Below are positions 1-11,889 of a DNA stretch of 64,000 nucleotides, piece by piece. The stretch lies in NCBI GenBank assembly GCA_051294375.1, contig CM119269.1, positions 14,056,552 through 14,120,551 on the forward strand. Direction: 5' to 3'. Each line of letters opens with the position of its first letter. The stretch's first letter is position 1. Below the pieces are notes generated by a model. It worked only from the letters and a program-made list of their open reading frames with translations. It did no database searches and was not told the DNA's origin. This stretch comes from Paraspadella gotoi (Eukaryota > Animalia > Chaetognatha). The position numbers and the translations under genes are program-made.

Positions 1-53
1 TTTATTGATTACTGCCATATATATATATATATATTATGTTTTTTATTTCATAC

Positions 54-225
54 CGTTTCCTGGCAATTGAGTGCCGTTCAAGTGATTGGTAGAGTTAATC
101 CATTCTTCCCATTGTTCTTGGGTGAAATTTTCAAAGTTGAAACATTGACCAATACAAAGCAAAGAGAAAATGAAGGCGATGATGAAAAAAGATGTTGAAG
201 ACGAGTTGGGAGAAAGTGAAGACAT
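54..225 (-). CDS. First coding exon of a probable secreted protein (continues beyond window start)
   Basis: ATG at 225; MSSLSPNSSSTSFFIIAFIFSLLCIGQC resembles a signal peptide, followed by N-glycosylation sequons (NFT, NST, NGT); exon ends at a G|GTATGA donor near 54. Confidence 0.55.
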
Positions 226-1538
226 TCTGTGATAAACTGAATGTACGGTGTTTCTTCTTCTGAATTTTAAATTTACTGGAAATGAAAATTAACAACAGTG
301 ATGAATGGCTCATTTACTTTCTCAATAACGAAGTTAATTAACATATAAATATATGTTAAAAACTACCAACTTCTGTGGTATTTACAGTGTTGATAAAAAT
401 GATTATTTAGATGTATAAAAATAATTTATGAACGTATTTTTTGAGGTATTATTTAAGACACGTAAAAAAAGAATTGTACATGAAAATTCGTTTCTTCTCT
501 TTTTTCTATTTACATAATATCTTTAACTTTAGGGTGTGAGTGAGAGCACATTTTTTCTTAAAGAAACTACATCGTTTGTTCCCTGATTTCCACGTTTCGG
601 GTTTTTTTTCCAAAATCGGATCTGCGAAAGTTGGAATTACAATTCGGCATATTTATTGGGTGCTGCAACGCCTCTGTCCAAGACCCTTTATTATTTTTTA
701 TTCGAAAGGTCTGTTGGTCTATTGACGTAAATATATTCAGCTCAATATTTAAACTTGTAAATGATAAATAATCCAGGTGCATATGAAAGAGAGTAAAGAA
801 TATTTCAAATTGGAAACTATAAGAATACTAGTATTATTAATAAGAATATTTTGATTGCGACTATACATGAGTATCGCCGCATAGTGACTTATTAATCCTA
901 TCCTTTGTTCTCAGTGACGTCCTAGCGTGAGAAACATGATCGCACGACCTCCGATTGCAGATTTCTTACATTGTTTATTCGTTGGATTCTTCGTTTTTTT
1001 GTCTTACTTTTTTTTTCTGTTATAAACTTTCTCTTTCTTGCTCTCGAACTTTTAATCCTGATCAGAAATTGTTTTCCTTAAATAATATGAATATTTAATT
1101 GAGAACTTTAAATCTTAACTTTTCGGGTTTGTAAACGTTTTCTGATTGATAACTTTTGAAACGTACTGTTTTTTGTTTCAAAAACGCTCTTAATCAGCTT
1201 TAATTATTGTTATTTAAGGTGTTCCGGATCTCATATCATAGGCATCAATTACAGTTTAAACAATCTATTATTAATATGAGTTTTTAATATTCAATAATTC
1301 ATTCTCCAGGATTTACTGCCAGTAAACGCCCTGTTGTTAATCAAGAATTCCTTCGATTCGTCATCCCTTCGCTAGAGGACACTTAAAAGAGCACTTGCCT
1401 CGAGCGTCGCGAAAAAAAACAAAAGATCAGGACTTAGAATCGGTCTCTATGACTACCGGGTCGACATTAAGAGAATAATTAAAACCCTAAACCACTGAAA
1501 AAACAAAAACGGGTCGTTCGTGTGAAGACGGGAATGAC

Positions 1539-4500
1539 ATGCGACGGCATTCATCCAATCATTTTTTGTTGGAAGGAAAGAAAAATTCGCTGACGTAAGT
1601 TAATATTTTTTTTTCTCCTGTCGGAGGCAGACTTTAAATCTAATTTTTCTGCAGTTCTGTTTCATAATAGTAAATAAGTAGTAAATAATTAATCAAAATA
1701 TTAATTTAATAAATGCTTACTAATCAGACCGCGAGAACCGGTGGCGACCAACTCGGCAAAAACTGACACGACGCGAAATTTGTCTCAAGACGGAATCTTT
1801 CACGAGTCAAACAGAAGAAACTCGCTGACGTCGTTGTCGCTCAAGAATCGTCCGGTCTCGAACAGAGACCGACCTGCGTCGAGAAAAGCGTCGATCAACT
1901 TGTCCGGCTCGGACGGACGAGTTGGAAGGTCGGGCGTAGCCTTCGCGGCGTCCGACCGAAGAGACAAAGCCACTATCGAGGCGCCGACTGGGATGTCCGT
2001 CGACGGAGGTTCCTCCTTGAGAAAGAGCGTGTCGTTCAGGTTGTAGGTTTTATTAATTTAAACCAAGTTTTTAGAGCATAGAAATATATCCAATATTACA
2101 TTATTTTTTTTTTTAATAAAAAAACAATTTTAACTTCGATCTGAGAAATAACAAGATGTACTTTTTAATGTAAATTTAATACCAAGTTTTTAGAGCATAG
2201 AAATATATCCAAAATTACAATATTTTTTTTTAAATAAAAAACAATTTTAACTTTGATCTGAGAAATAACAAGATGCACTTTTTAATGTAAATTTCATACC
2301 AAGTTTTTAGAGCATAGAAATATATTTCAATATTAAAATATTTTTTAATAAAAAACAATTTTAACTTCGATCTGAGAAAATAACAAGATGTACTTTTTAT
2401 GTAAATTTAATACCAAGTTTTTAGAGCATAGAAATATATCCAATATTACAATATTTTTTTTAATAAAAAACAATTTTAACTTCGATCTGAGAAATAACAA
2501 GATGTACTTTTTAATGTAAATTTAATACCAAGTTTTTCGAGCATAGAAATATATCCAAAATTACAATATTTTTTTCTTTTTTAATAAAAAACAATTTTAA
2601 CTTCGATCTGAGAAATAACAAGATGCACTTTTTAACGTAAATTTAATCCGCACAATTTCGAAGTGTTCGGTGTATACGAGCTAATGACAGAGGCTCTTGG
2701 TTTATTTTTGTTTATTGAATTTTGAATTTTTTTTAGCGGAGAAATGATGAACGGATACGACAGTCGTCGTTATCGGGACGAAGTCTTCGACGAGGAGGAA
2801 GAGGAGCAGGTGAAAGATGAAATGGAGCAAAGGGAAAAAGAAACTGCTTGCTCGATAATTACGACTATATAAAGGATATATATATAGTATATAGTTTAAA
2901 AATGACTACAAAACGGACNNNNNNNNNNGAGAAATAACAAGATGCACTTTTTAACGTAAATTTAATCCGCACAATTTCGAAGTGTTCGGTGTATACGAGC
3001 TAATGACAGAGGCTCTTGGTTTATTTTTGTTTATTGAATTTTGAATTTTTTTTAGCGGAGAAATGATGAACGGATACGACAGTCGTCGTTATCGGGACGA
3101 AGTCTTCGACGAGGAGGAAGAGGAGCAGGTGAAAGATGAAATNNNNNNNNNNCACGAAAAGTCTTTTGTTTTAGGAATTGATGCACCTGATGCAAGAAGA
3201 GCTTTCAAAAAACGACGACGACGACGAAGATCGAAGCGAAAGAAGCAACAGAGAAATCCCGAGACTTCGACTCACAGCCTCTCCCCTCTCTTCGGGATTT
3301 AGCGGACCGCCTAAAAGTCCTCGGGTTCGATCTTTCCATCTTTGTCGCTCTGATTTAAATCAATCATTCAATCAATCCGGGTCAGGAGGCGGAGTGGTTC
3401 CTTCATCCCCGTCACCTCGGCGGCGGAGAGGCTCCCGGCAAAGTCGCCTCTTCCTCCGGCGCCGTCGCCTATACTTCCGGCGCCGTCGCCGGGAGACGGA
3501 CGCGGGATTCCGGCGTCATCGGCGCTAAAATCGCGTTGGAGAGAGAGGCGAAAACGTCGGACTTTTCTAGGGGAACGTCGCTCGCCAACGGAAGCGGTAT
3601 TGAAAGTTATTGACTGTTTTCGTTGTCGAATTAATTATGTATTTATTTGTAATTTATTTTGGTTTTCAATCTTTGTTTTTAAATTTGGAAGGAGTGAAGA
3701 GTCTAGCGACTGGCTGAATCTAATAAAAAAATCATTTCTCCTCTCACAAGGTGGCGAAGATGTCTTCAACCTCCGAGATCCGAGTCTCAATTGTCTGGCG
3801 CGACGTCACTTTCCACTCACTCTAGGAACATCCTTCATGGTCGGGTCGTCGTCGTCTTCGTCGTTATCGATGTCTGATCAAAGACAAAGGTTAGAATTGT
3901 CTCAAAAGAAACTTTAAATTCTTTACTAAAATTATTGTAATGTACATTGTACAATTGTTAATAATTACAGGCTTAATACTCATTGACATTGTGAACTTGA
4001 ACATTTTGCATCTTGACGTTTTTTTCATTTTTCTCATAATAAAAATTATTTTCCTTAGGCTTAGAGATAAAACTTTATAAAACTTTATATGATTACTCTC
4101 TCCGCCCTCTTTTCTCACCCAAGGTCGGCTTCTCAGAAACCTCCCCAATCCACGCCGTCATCTCCTCCAGAACCGACGTTTTCGGGGTCGACGCCGCATA
4201 TGGCGCGCCTCGAGGCCCGGCGCCACTTGAGGAGCGAGGATTTAACTTCCGTCAAAGCGGCGCCGCGGAGGACGGCGTTTCAAAATGGCGGCGTCGGCGG
4301 AGCGGAAGGTGAGGCGGCGTCGGTTTTTTTTTCATTGGACTTGATTCTGCAACACATAGCTCTGATGGAGACAATATCGTTGACAATCTCTCTCTCTTTT
4401 TATAAGCTTATTTCTTTTATCTTTTTTTATTTTTATTTTTTGTTTCTTTTCTTTTCTTTTTTTTCTCTTTTTTTCTATTCCTTTATCTACTTTACTTTTT

Positions 4501-5489
4501 TCTTCTTGTCTCCTCTTTTTCCCCCTTTTCCTTTCTTATATTTTTTGTTTCTTTTTTCTTTTCTTTTCTTCTTTCTTTTCTTTTTTATCTCTTTCTGCGT
4601 TTTAACCCACTAGATTGAAAATATAATCCGCCCTTCCTTTTACAGTCTCGCGCTCTGAGGACCTTCACTTAATGCGAGTCCAAGCTCCAGAAACGGCTTC
4701 GTCTTCAACGGTCTTACTCACCTCTCCTTACCAAGTCGACCTCGCCAAACTCAGGATGGAAAGGTGAGAAGCATAACATAACATAACATGTTGTTAATGT
4801 TAATGAACTTACTCAAGTATCCTGAAGCTATGATGGCATTGGCAGATTGTTTCTTAACGTTCTCATTTGTAAATTATGTATTCTATAATCTATATAATTA
4901 TATAATTCGATGAGACAAGAATTATAACTTGGCTAAACGTACGGAAATCCCGCCTCTCCACTTTATTTCGCGTACATCGATAAACTGGGCCTAACGATAT
5001 GTTCTTATGTACATGAATATGTTCTTATGATTATAATTTGTACAACCAACCTAAAAATAATCTATTAATTAAATGATTAGGTTTTCTTGCCCCTGACTTT
5101 GGACAGGCTATTTCATCTTTTAAAGATTCTTGTCGCTTTATTCCGCTGTTGCTCATTTGTTTTGTTTTTTTCAGGCTCAGAATCGAAGAGGAAAGACTAT
5201 TAGAGATGAAGCGGATCGAGGAGCTGGAGAGAATCAGAGGACCTTCCGACGCCTGGTCAGAGAATGATACCAATCGTTTAAAGATAGCAGTAAACTGTAT
5301 ATTGTAAATCGTATCTTTTGTCACATTTGTAGGTACGAACTGAAGGACGGCCAGTTTCACTACGAAGCGAGAAAGAACAACGAGATGATTCGTAACCAGA
5401 ATTTGCTGGGCGCCACCGACGAATACAAGAACCACCTCATTAAAGCCTCCATGCGGTTTGCCGCCCCCTCGGCGCAAAATGGGCGATGA
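1539..5489 (+). CDS. Uncharacterised multi-exon protein, low-complexity N-part with charged helical C-terminal domain
   Basis: About 10 phase-compatible GT-AG exons (1539-1594, 1728-2039, ~2737-2809, ~3175-3324, ~3386-3595, 3751-3889, ~4124-4308, ~4646-4763, ~5175-5255, ~5333-5489). They splice to ...SPYQVDLAKLRMERLRIEEERLLEMKRIEELERIRGPSDAWYELKDGQFHYEARKNNEMIRNQNLL...*. Two N-gaps lie inside the gene. Confidence 0.7.
2062..2646. repeat. Intronic tandem repeat, 5 copies of a ~115-119 bp unit
   Basis: Unit start ACCAAGTTTTT(A/C)GAGCATAGAAATATAT at 2062, 2181, 2298, 2412 and 2527. Confidence 0.95.
2609..3142. repeat. Direct duplication across N-gaps (about 2609-2822 repeated at 2929-3142), probable contig-end overlap
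   Basis: An identical ~210 bp block containing the MMNGYDSRRYRDEVFDEEEEEQ exon is repeated, and the second copy is bounded by the two 10-N gaps. Confidence 0.85.
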
Positions 5490-6243
5490 GGGCGTGGAAG
5501 GAATGAGAAGATATTTGAGGGAGATCGAGTGTTTACAACTGTGGCTTATAATATATAATAATATAACCAAGCCTTTTTCAACAGTTTATTACGAGAGAGA
5601 GAAAAATCTTTACCCAAGTATGTCTCTATTTTTGTTTAATTTTTTTCCGATATTATCCGCGCGATATTTGACTATTTTTAAACTTGATCCGTGTTAATTT
5701 TTCTTTTTATCTAATAAAACCAGTCTTGTTTTTGTATTTGCATTCAGTCTTGGAAATCATTTTGTACGTATTAAAATATAAGTTAATCGTGACTAATCTT
5801 TCATACCCCGTTTATTTTTGAAGTAAGTTGCCGCAGTCCGGTCTTGTCATTAAACAAAATTAGTTACATGAGTTTTATCGCCCTCAACGTAGGGTTATAC
5901 ACTTTTTTAATATTTTCAATTTATTTTTGATATTTTTGATTTAATATATTCGTATTTGAAACCTCTAGGAAAAGTTTGAAATACTATTACAAATACGACT
6001 AAGTATTCAAAATCAGCTTTTTTTTCAAGGTCACAGGATCATAATCAAAAACTGGAATGACTGATAACTTATCAAGATTTCAGTTCTCGTTTTTCTTTTG
6101 GGAACAAATTCCAATATCTCGATTTAGCTTCCAAATTTTCATACGAATCAACTATAAAATGAAAGAAATTAATGTTGTTTCTAAACTTTCAACAGTTTTT
6201 GGACCTTGTATAAGCAAAAAATAAATAAAATATCACAGTTAGC

Positions 6244-6317
6244 TTTTAGATGCAAAGTTTTTTATTGTTTAAAAATTTTACCTTGTTTTTAAACAATAAA
6301 AAACTTTGCATCTAAAA
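6244..6317. repeat. Perfect 32-bp inverted repeat with 10-nt loop
   Basis: TTTTAGATGCAAAGTTTTTTATTGTTTAAAAA (6244-6275) is the exact reverse complement of 6286-6317. Confidence 0.95.
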
Positions 6318-6518
6318 CTTATCAATAACAACGAAACGAAAGAAATTACTCTAGACAGTTAGCTTAAAACTTTTTTTTATAAAATTCATTTAGTAAAAAT
6401 AGCATTTCACTTTTTAATTACTAAAACAATATATAGGATTCAAAATCAATCGACGTAAATGCACATAATTTTATTTATCCACAGATAATAATTTTTTTTT
6501 GTCAAACTCAAAGGAAAT

Positions 6519-7026
6519 ATGTCTTCATCGAGGAAAGTGATTTCCACTAACGAGGCGCCACCACCCGGATTCGCTTACAGGTGATAATGATTACGACAAA
6601 GAAGTAACGCCGACTATCCAGGGTTTTTAAAAAAAAAAATTAGAGTGATAAACAGTTTAATAACTTCACTTATTTACCATTTTTTTATTAAATAAAATTC
6701 AAATCTCTTTTGGTTTTGAAACAGCCAAGGAATCCTGGCCGGTGGTTTTCTCTTTATTTCTGGTCAAATCGGAATCGACGTCGAGCGAAAGTTCGTGGGT
6801 GACGACGCCGCGTCGCAAACCAAACAGGCCATGGAAAATGTCGGCGCCATTTTAAGGGGTAAGGGGGAGTTGAGCGGAGCGAACGTGGAGGGGCTTATTT
6901 GTTGTAACTGTTTACTTACTCGTTTCGTGTTTCAGATGCTTGTCAGGTAAAAAGATAAACACATTAAACGGGTAACTTGTAATACAATAGCAGCTCTCTC
7001 TCTCTCTCTCTCGCCATCCATATGTT

Positions 7027-7086
<60 letters not shown>

Positions 7087-7297
7087 GTGTGTCACCCCCC
7101 CAGGCGCCGGATTGACTTTCGCCAATCTCACCAAGATCACAATTCTCCTGAGCGACATCAAAGACTTTGGCGCCGCCAACGAAAGCTACCGTAGTTTTTT
7201 CGAAGGGACGGCGCTCCCGGCGCGAGCTTGTTACGCGGTCGACGCCCTGCCCATGGGCGCCAAAGTGGAAATTGAAGGAATGGCGTGGGCAGGGTGA
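6519..7297 (+). CDS. RIDA: RidA/YjgF/UK114 family 2-iminobutanoate/2-iminopropanoate deaminase (3 exons)
   Basis: Spliced MSSSRKVISTNEAPPPGFAYS|QGILAGGFLFISGQIGID...QTKQAMENVGAILRG|AGLTFANLTKITILLSDIKDFGAANESYRSFFEGTALPARACYAVDALPMGAKVEIEGMAWAG*. Contains the YSQ, SGQ, PAR (catalytic Arg) and LPxGAKVEIE hallmarks. Confidence 0.93.
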
Positions 7298-7838
7298 AAA
7301 GAGTTTCATTAGTCGCTCGTAATGTGGGCAATTTCGATTTCTAAACAGAGTACTAAAAATATAGCTTTTAAACAATATAATGATCTTTTGTATATTTCGT
7401 TATATTGAAGATATACACATATATATATATTGGTATGCATTTTTTATCAAAAATAATGTAATATGTCTTGACAGTTATCCGACATTCCTTAAAATAGAAA
7501 CAAAGTTCGAGTACCGATTTAAGTAAAACAATGACAGCACAGATATATAGGTATACAAATCATGCAAAACAGTATCTAACCAATTTTACTAACGGAATTT
7601 ATACAAATAAGAGTGTCAAAAAGGCCCATATTAGCAAATTACCCAAATTCCCAGTCAAAAGACGATGTTTAACCATTTACTCAATTAGCGTCAATCATCA
7701 TGGTCATTTCTTGGCCTTAGAGACCAGAGACAATTACGTAATACTAATAGTAATACGGAGTTTTCTTTCATAGTTGTACAATGTACATCTTTGAGGCTTG
7801 ATCGTAACTGAATCTTCGTCACTCATTGGACATTTCTC

Positions 7839-10800
7839 TCAAATTTCGTAGGCAGATTTTTCATTTTGGATCAGCCCGGCGCCGCTTTTGACGCTCAGAG
7901 TCGGCGACGAAGGACGCATCTGTAAATAAATAATATGCATATTAGTAGAATAAAGTAAACAAATCTTAATAAAGACTAAAGCAATCGACCGCACTCACTT
8001 CGTCCGGCAATCTTCCCACCGGCAACGAAACGTAACGCGACAAGATTCGTCCGAGACGACCGCGACCATGACGACGACGACGCACAACGGCGACGACAAA
8101 GACGACGACGATGGCGACGGCGAGGACGACACTGATTCCGATGAGGAACCCTTGGTATCGGTGGTGATGACGAGGGCGCGGTGGGTCTGGGTCGAAGTCG
8201 AAGTCCGAGTCGCCCAAAAACTTAAATTAACAAAAAAAGAATCTATGTTTTTTAGTTAAGGGAATTTCTAATCTCTGCGGTCAAATCAAATTACCATTCC
8301 ATCGCTAAAATCGTCGGCAGCCTCGTTTTCAAACAGTTCGGGATCCAAGTTGACTGAAGGAAAAAATAAAGAATGAATAGATTAGAATATTCCGCAACAG
8401 ATACCGTCACTTTTAATTCCATAAAAGAATCTTGAAAGAAATAGATTTTCAGATTCTCATAAGATAGAATTCTCGAAGCACTTTTTAAAATTTTCAGAGT
8501 CGACTAGGAAAATGAGAAGAAAAACTTTAAAACAAGTTTGAGCAAAGAATGTCGGATCTGCCTACAATAATTAAGCGATAATTGCTGCTAATCAGATGAT
8601 AAATCACCAATATTTTTTAAAATTTTTTCTAACTCGCATCATTTTAACTCGCATCATTTTTTGAACTCGTATAATTTTTCCACCACATAATTTTTTCAAC
8701 TCATCATTTCATTTCAATTTACATCATTTTTACAATTCGCATCATTTTTTTAACTCGCATCATTTTTTCAACTCGCATCATTTTTTTCCACGCACACAAT
8801 TTTTTCAACTCATCATTTTTTCAATTTACATCATTTTTACAATTGCATCATTTTTTTTAACTTGCATCATTTTTTCACTTGGCATAATTTTTTTTTTCTA
8901 CTTGCATAATTTTTTTAACTTGTATGATTTCTTCAACTTGCATAATTTTTTCAACTTGCATAATTCTTTCAACTTGCATAATTTTTTCAACTTGCATAAT
9001 TTTTTCAACTTACATATTTTTTTTAACTTGCATAATTTTTTCAACTTGCATAATTTTTTCAACTTGCATAATTTTTTTAAATTGTATCATTTTTTCAAAT
9101 TAACTAATTAATTTATTAAAACATTTATTAATAATCATAAATAAAAAAGATTCAAGAAAAAGTGAATTATGTTTTTTCCATTTAAACTCATTTCCACAGG
9201 CACAATTCCGTCAAGACTTAATATCTAGCTTCTTCACACACTTTCCTTTTTAATATATTAATTCAATTATGATTAATTCAAGTAATTATGGGTTAATCTA
9301 TTTGCTTTTAAGTAAAAACAGTAAGAGACAATCTATCAACACAAATTTCGTATTGGACATTAATCAAGTATCTAAAATTTGTTTTAGTTTCCCATCACAG
9401 CTTTCTAGTTTTTTAATATTATTTTAAATTTTTCCACAAATACATTTTTCATTGCCGGACGTACTCCATGTATTGAGTTGACTAATACGTTCGAAAACGT
9501 AACAAACTAAAATTGATCATTAAAAGGTAAACAAAAAGTCTAGAAGAAGCGGTACGGTCCAATAACCAATACAACAGGTAAAGAATTCAAAAGGTAAAAA
9601 AATAACAACAACAACAAATACGTATTTACATCGGGCTGGAAAAGGGCAGCAAACAAGTAATTCTGTTTGGATATGAAACGCTGTCATTCTTACTGACCAC
9701 TACGGGTCAAAAGTACAAGACTTCGTCGTCGTCTTCGTTTTATATTCGTCCGATGTCGTCGTCGTCTTTGTTGAATCATCTTGAGTTTCCCAAATTTCTT
9801 CTTTTGTCAGCTTTCCTTTGCTTTTATTTTTTTTTCAGAGTTATAATTTCTGTTAAGCAACTAAGGTTTCTTTACTTAAAAGAATATTGTCATCAATAAT
9901 CTAGTTATATCGCAATTTTTGTAAAAAGAATATTTCAAAAATCATATTGGTACATAACTAACCATGGCCGGAAACGGCGGACAAAAAGCCTCAAATATGG
10001 TAAGCTTCCTGATATGAATCGAATCATTAAATCGCAAGCTGAGATCAATGGCCGTGCTTCCGCGTCGCTTCCATATACGTCTTTTAGGCTAGTATTTTGA
10101 AAACTTATATGACAGTAAATACTGCTGTTCAAGCAATGTTATTAATTCCACGTCCATGCAACTATCCAGTATATTGACAATAAGTAAAAACAAAATTAGG
10201 TTTTTTAATCGTTAAAATGTCTACAAATAACAAACAAAAGTGAGCTCCAAAAAAAGAAAAGCCTTATATTCTACCGATGAAATAATTTTAGCAACCCGAG
10301 TATCTAAAGACACGTGTTCTTGTGATACACCCTGGACGGAATTAAACCGAAAAACTATTAAACTACTGATGTCGACCCTTTTTACCGAGTTAAAAAAATA
10401 ATTTCGATGACTGTGAGGTGGGACGAGAACGACGGACGGACGGACGGAACGGATGGACATCATTTTTTTTGCATAATTTATCATAATTCGATGTTCTGAC
10501 ATGATATATAGTTAGTGCCCGACAATATTGAGGGGGCGGACCGACGGACCGACAAAGTGAATTATAGAGTCGGGATTCTGCTGATAAGCAGATCCGACTA
10601 AAAACCTGACCTGGCGTGGTGGCCCCGAATAATTTGATAAACAAAAAGAAAGCAATTCATACCAAGCTTTATTTGGTAATTTAGGCATTGGGTAAGATTA
10701 GAATAAAANNNNNNNNNNNNNNNNNNNNNNNNNCTTAAATAAGTAACATTGCAGGACTAACAAGATCTGTGAAAACAAAAAGATTCAAGTAAATGTGACT

Positions 10801-11817
10801 CATTATTTTTTTTTTATTTAAACTCATTTCCAACTCGTACGTTTCCACCAAAACTTTGTATCAAGCTTCGTCACACACTTTCCTACCCACACACAAAATT
10901 TCAACTAAATCTATTCATCCAATTATTGATTAAATAGAGAAGTATTTTATTGGTTAAAATAAGTAAAAAGATTTTAGTAAAGTGCAACTTATGTTTTTTC
11001 CATTTAAATCTCATTTCCACTCGCACGATTCTATCGAAACTTTATATCCAGCTTCATCTCACACTGTCCTACCCACAGACAAAATTCCATTCCAATCCAA
11101 CCAGCCAATCACGAGTTATTGGAGCTTTTTGCTAAGATGGGACGATAATGGACGTGAATTGATTGAGTAATTAATTAATTATTGATTAATTAACTGATTA
11201 ATTATTTGATTTATTAATACGTCCTTCATTACTTTATATAAAAGGAAAAAGAAGCATAAATCAATTTAGTGGATGGACATCATTTTTTTTGCATAATTTA
11301 TCATAATTCGATGTTCTGACATGATATAAGTTAGTGCCCGACAATATTGAGGGGGCGGACCGACGGACACAAAGTGAATTATAGAGTCGGGATTCTGCTG
11401 ATAAGCAGATCCGACTAAAAACCTGACCTGGCGTGGTGGCCCCGAATAATTTGATAAACAAAAAGAAAGCAATTCATACCCAAGCTTTATTTGGTTAATT
11501 TAGGCATGTTGGTAAGATTAGAATAAAAAACGTAACTTAAGACTTACTATCGTCAAAGACGCCGGGCAAGAGTTGGAAGCAAAACTTTGGTCGATCGTGC
11601 AAGCATGCGCCCCAGCGGCAGTTGCAGGTCGGGTTGCCGCGGAGCTCCTTGCACGCGCCCCATTTGCACGCACACAATGGATTTGAATGTCCCAATTTTC
11701 CGCATTCTATTAGAGAGAGAAAGAGAAGAAAAAAAAAAAAGAAAAGAAAGAAGGAAAGAAAGAAAAGAAAGAAAGAAAGAAAAGAAAGAAGAAAGAAAGA
11801 AAGAAGAAAGAGAAGAA

Positions 11818-11889
<72 letters not shown>

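Noticed and set aside
2062-2646. Repeat beginning GTTTTTAGAGC, superficially like a type II CRISPR repeat start
   Set aside because: Whole ~117-bp units are repeated with no unique spacers; it lies in a spliceosomal intron and there are no cas genes.
8902-9111. ORF MHNFFNLYDFFNLHNFF...
   Set aside because: Translation of the 21-bp intronic minisatellite; not a gene, and not a CRISPR array (no unique spacers, eukaryotic context).
9400-10390. Exon-like stretches inside the long intron
   Set aside because: I could not assemble a consistent phase-compatible gene on either strand; the flanking gene splices in phase without them.
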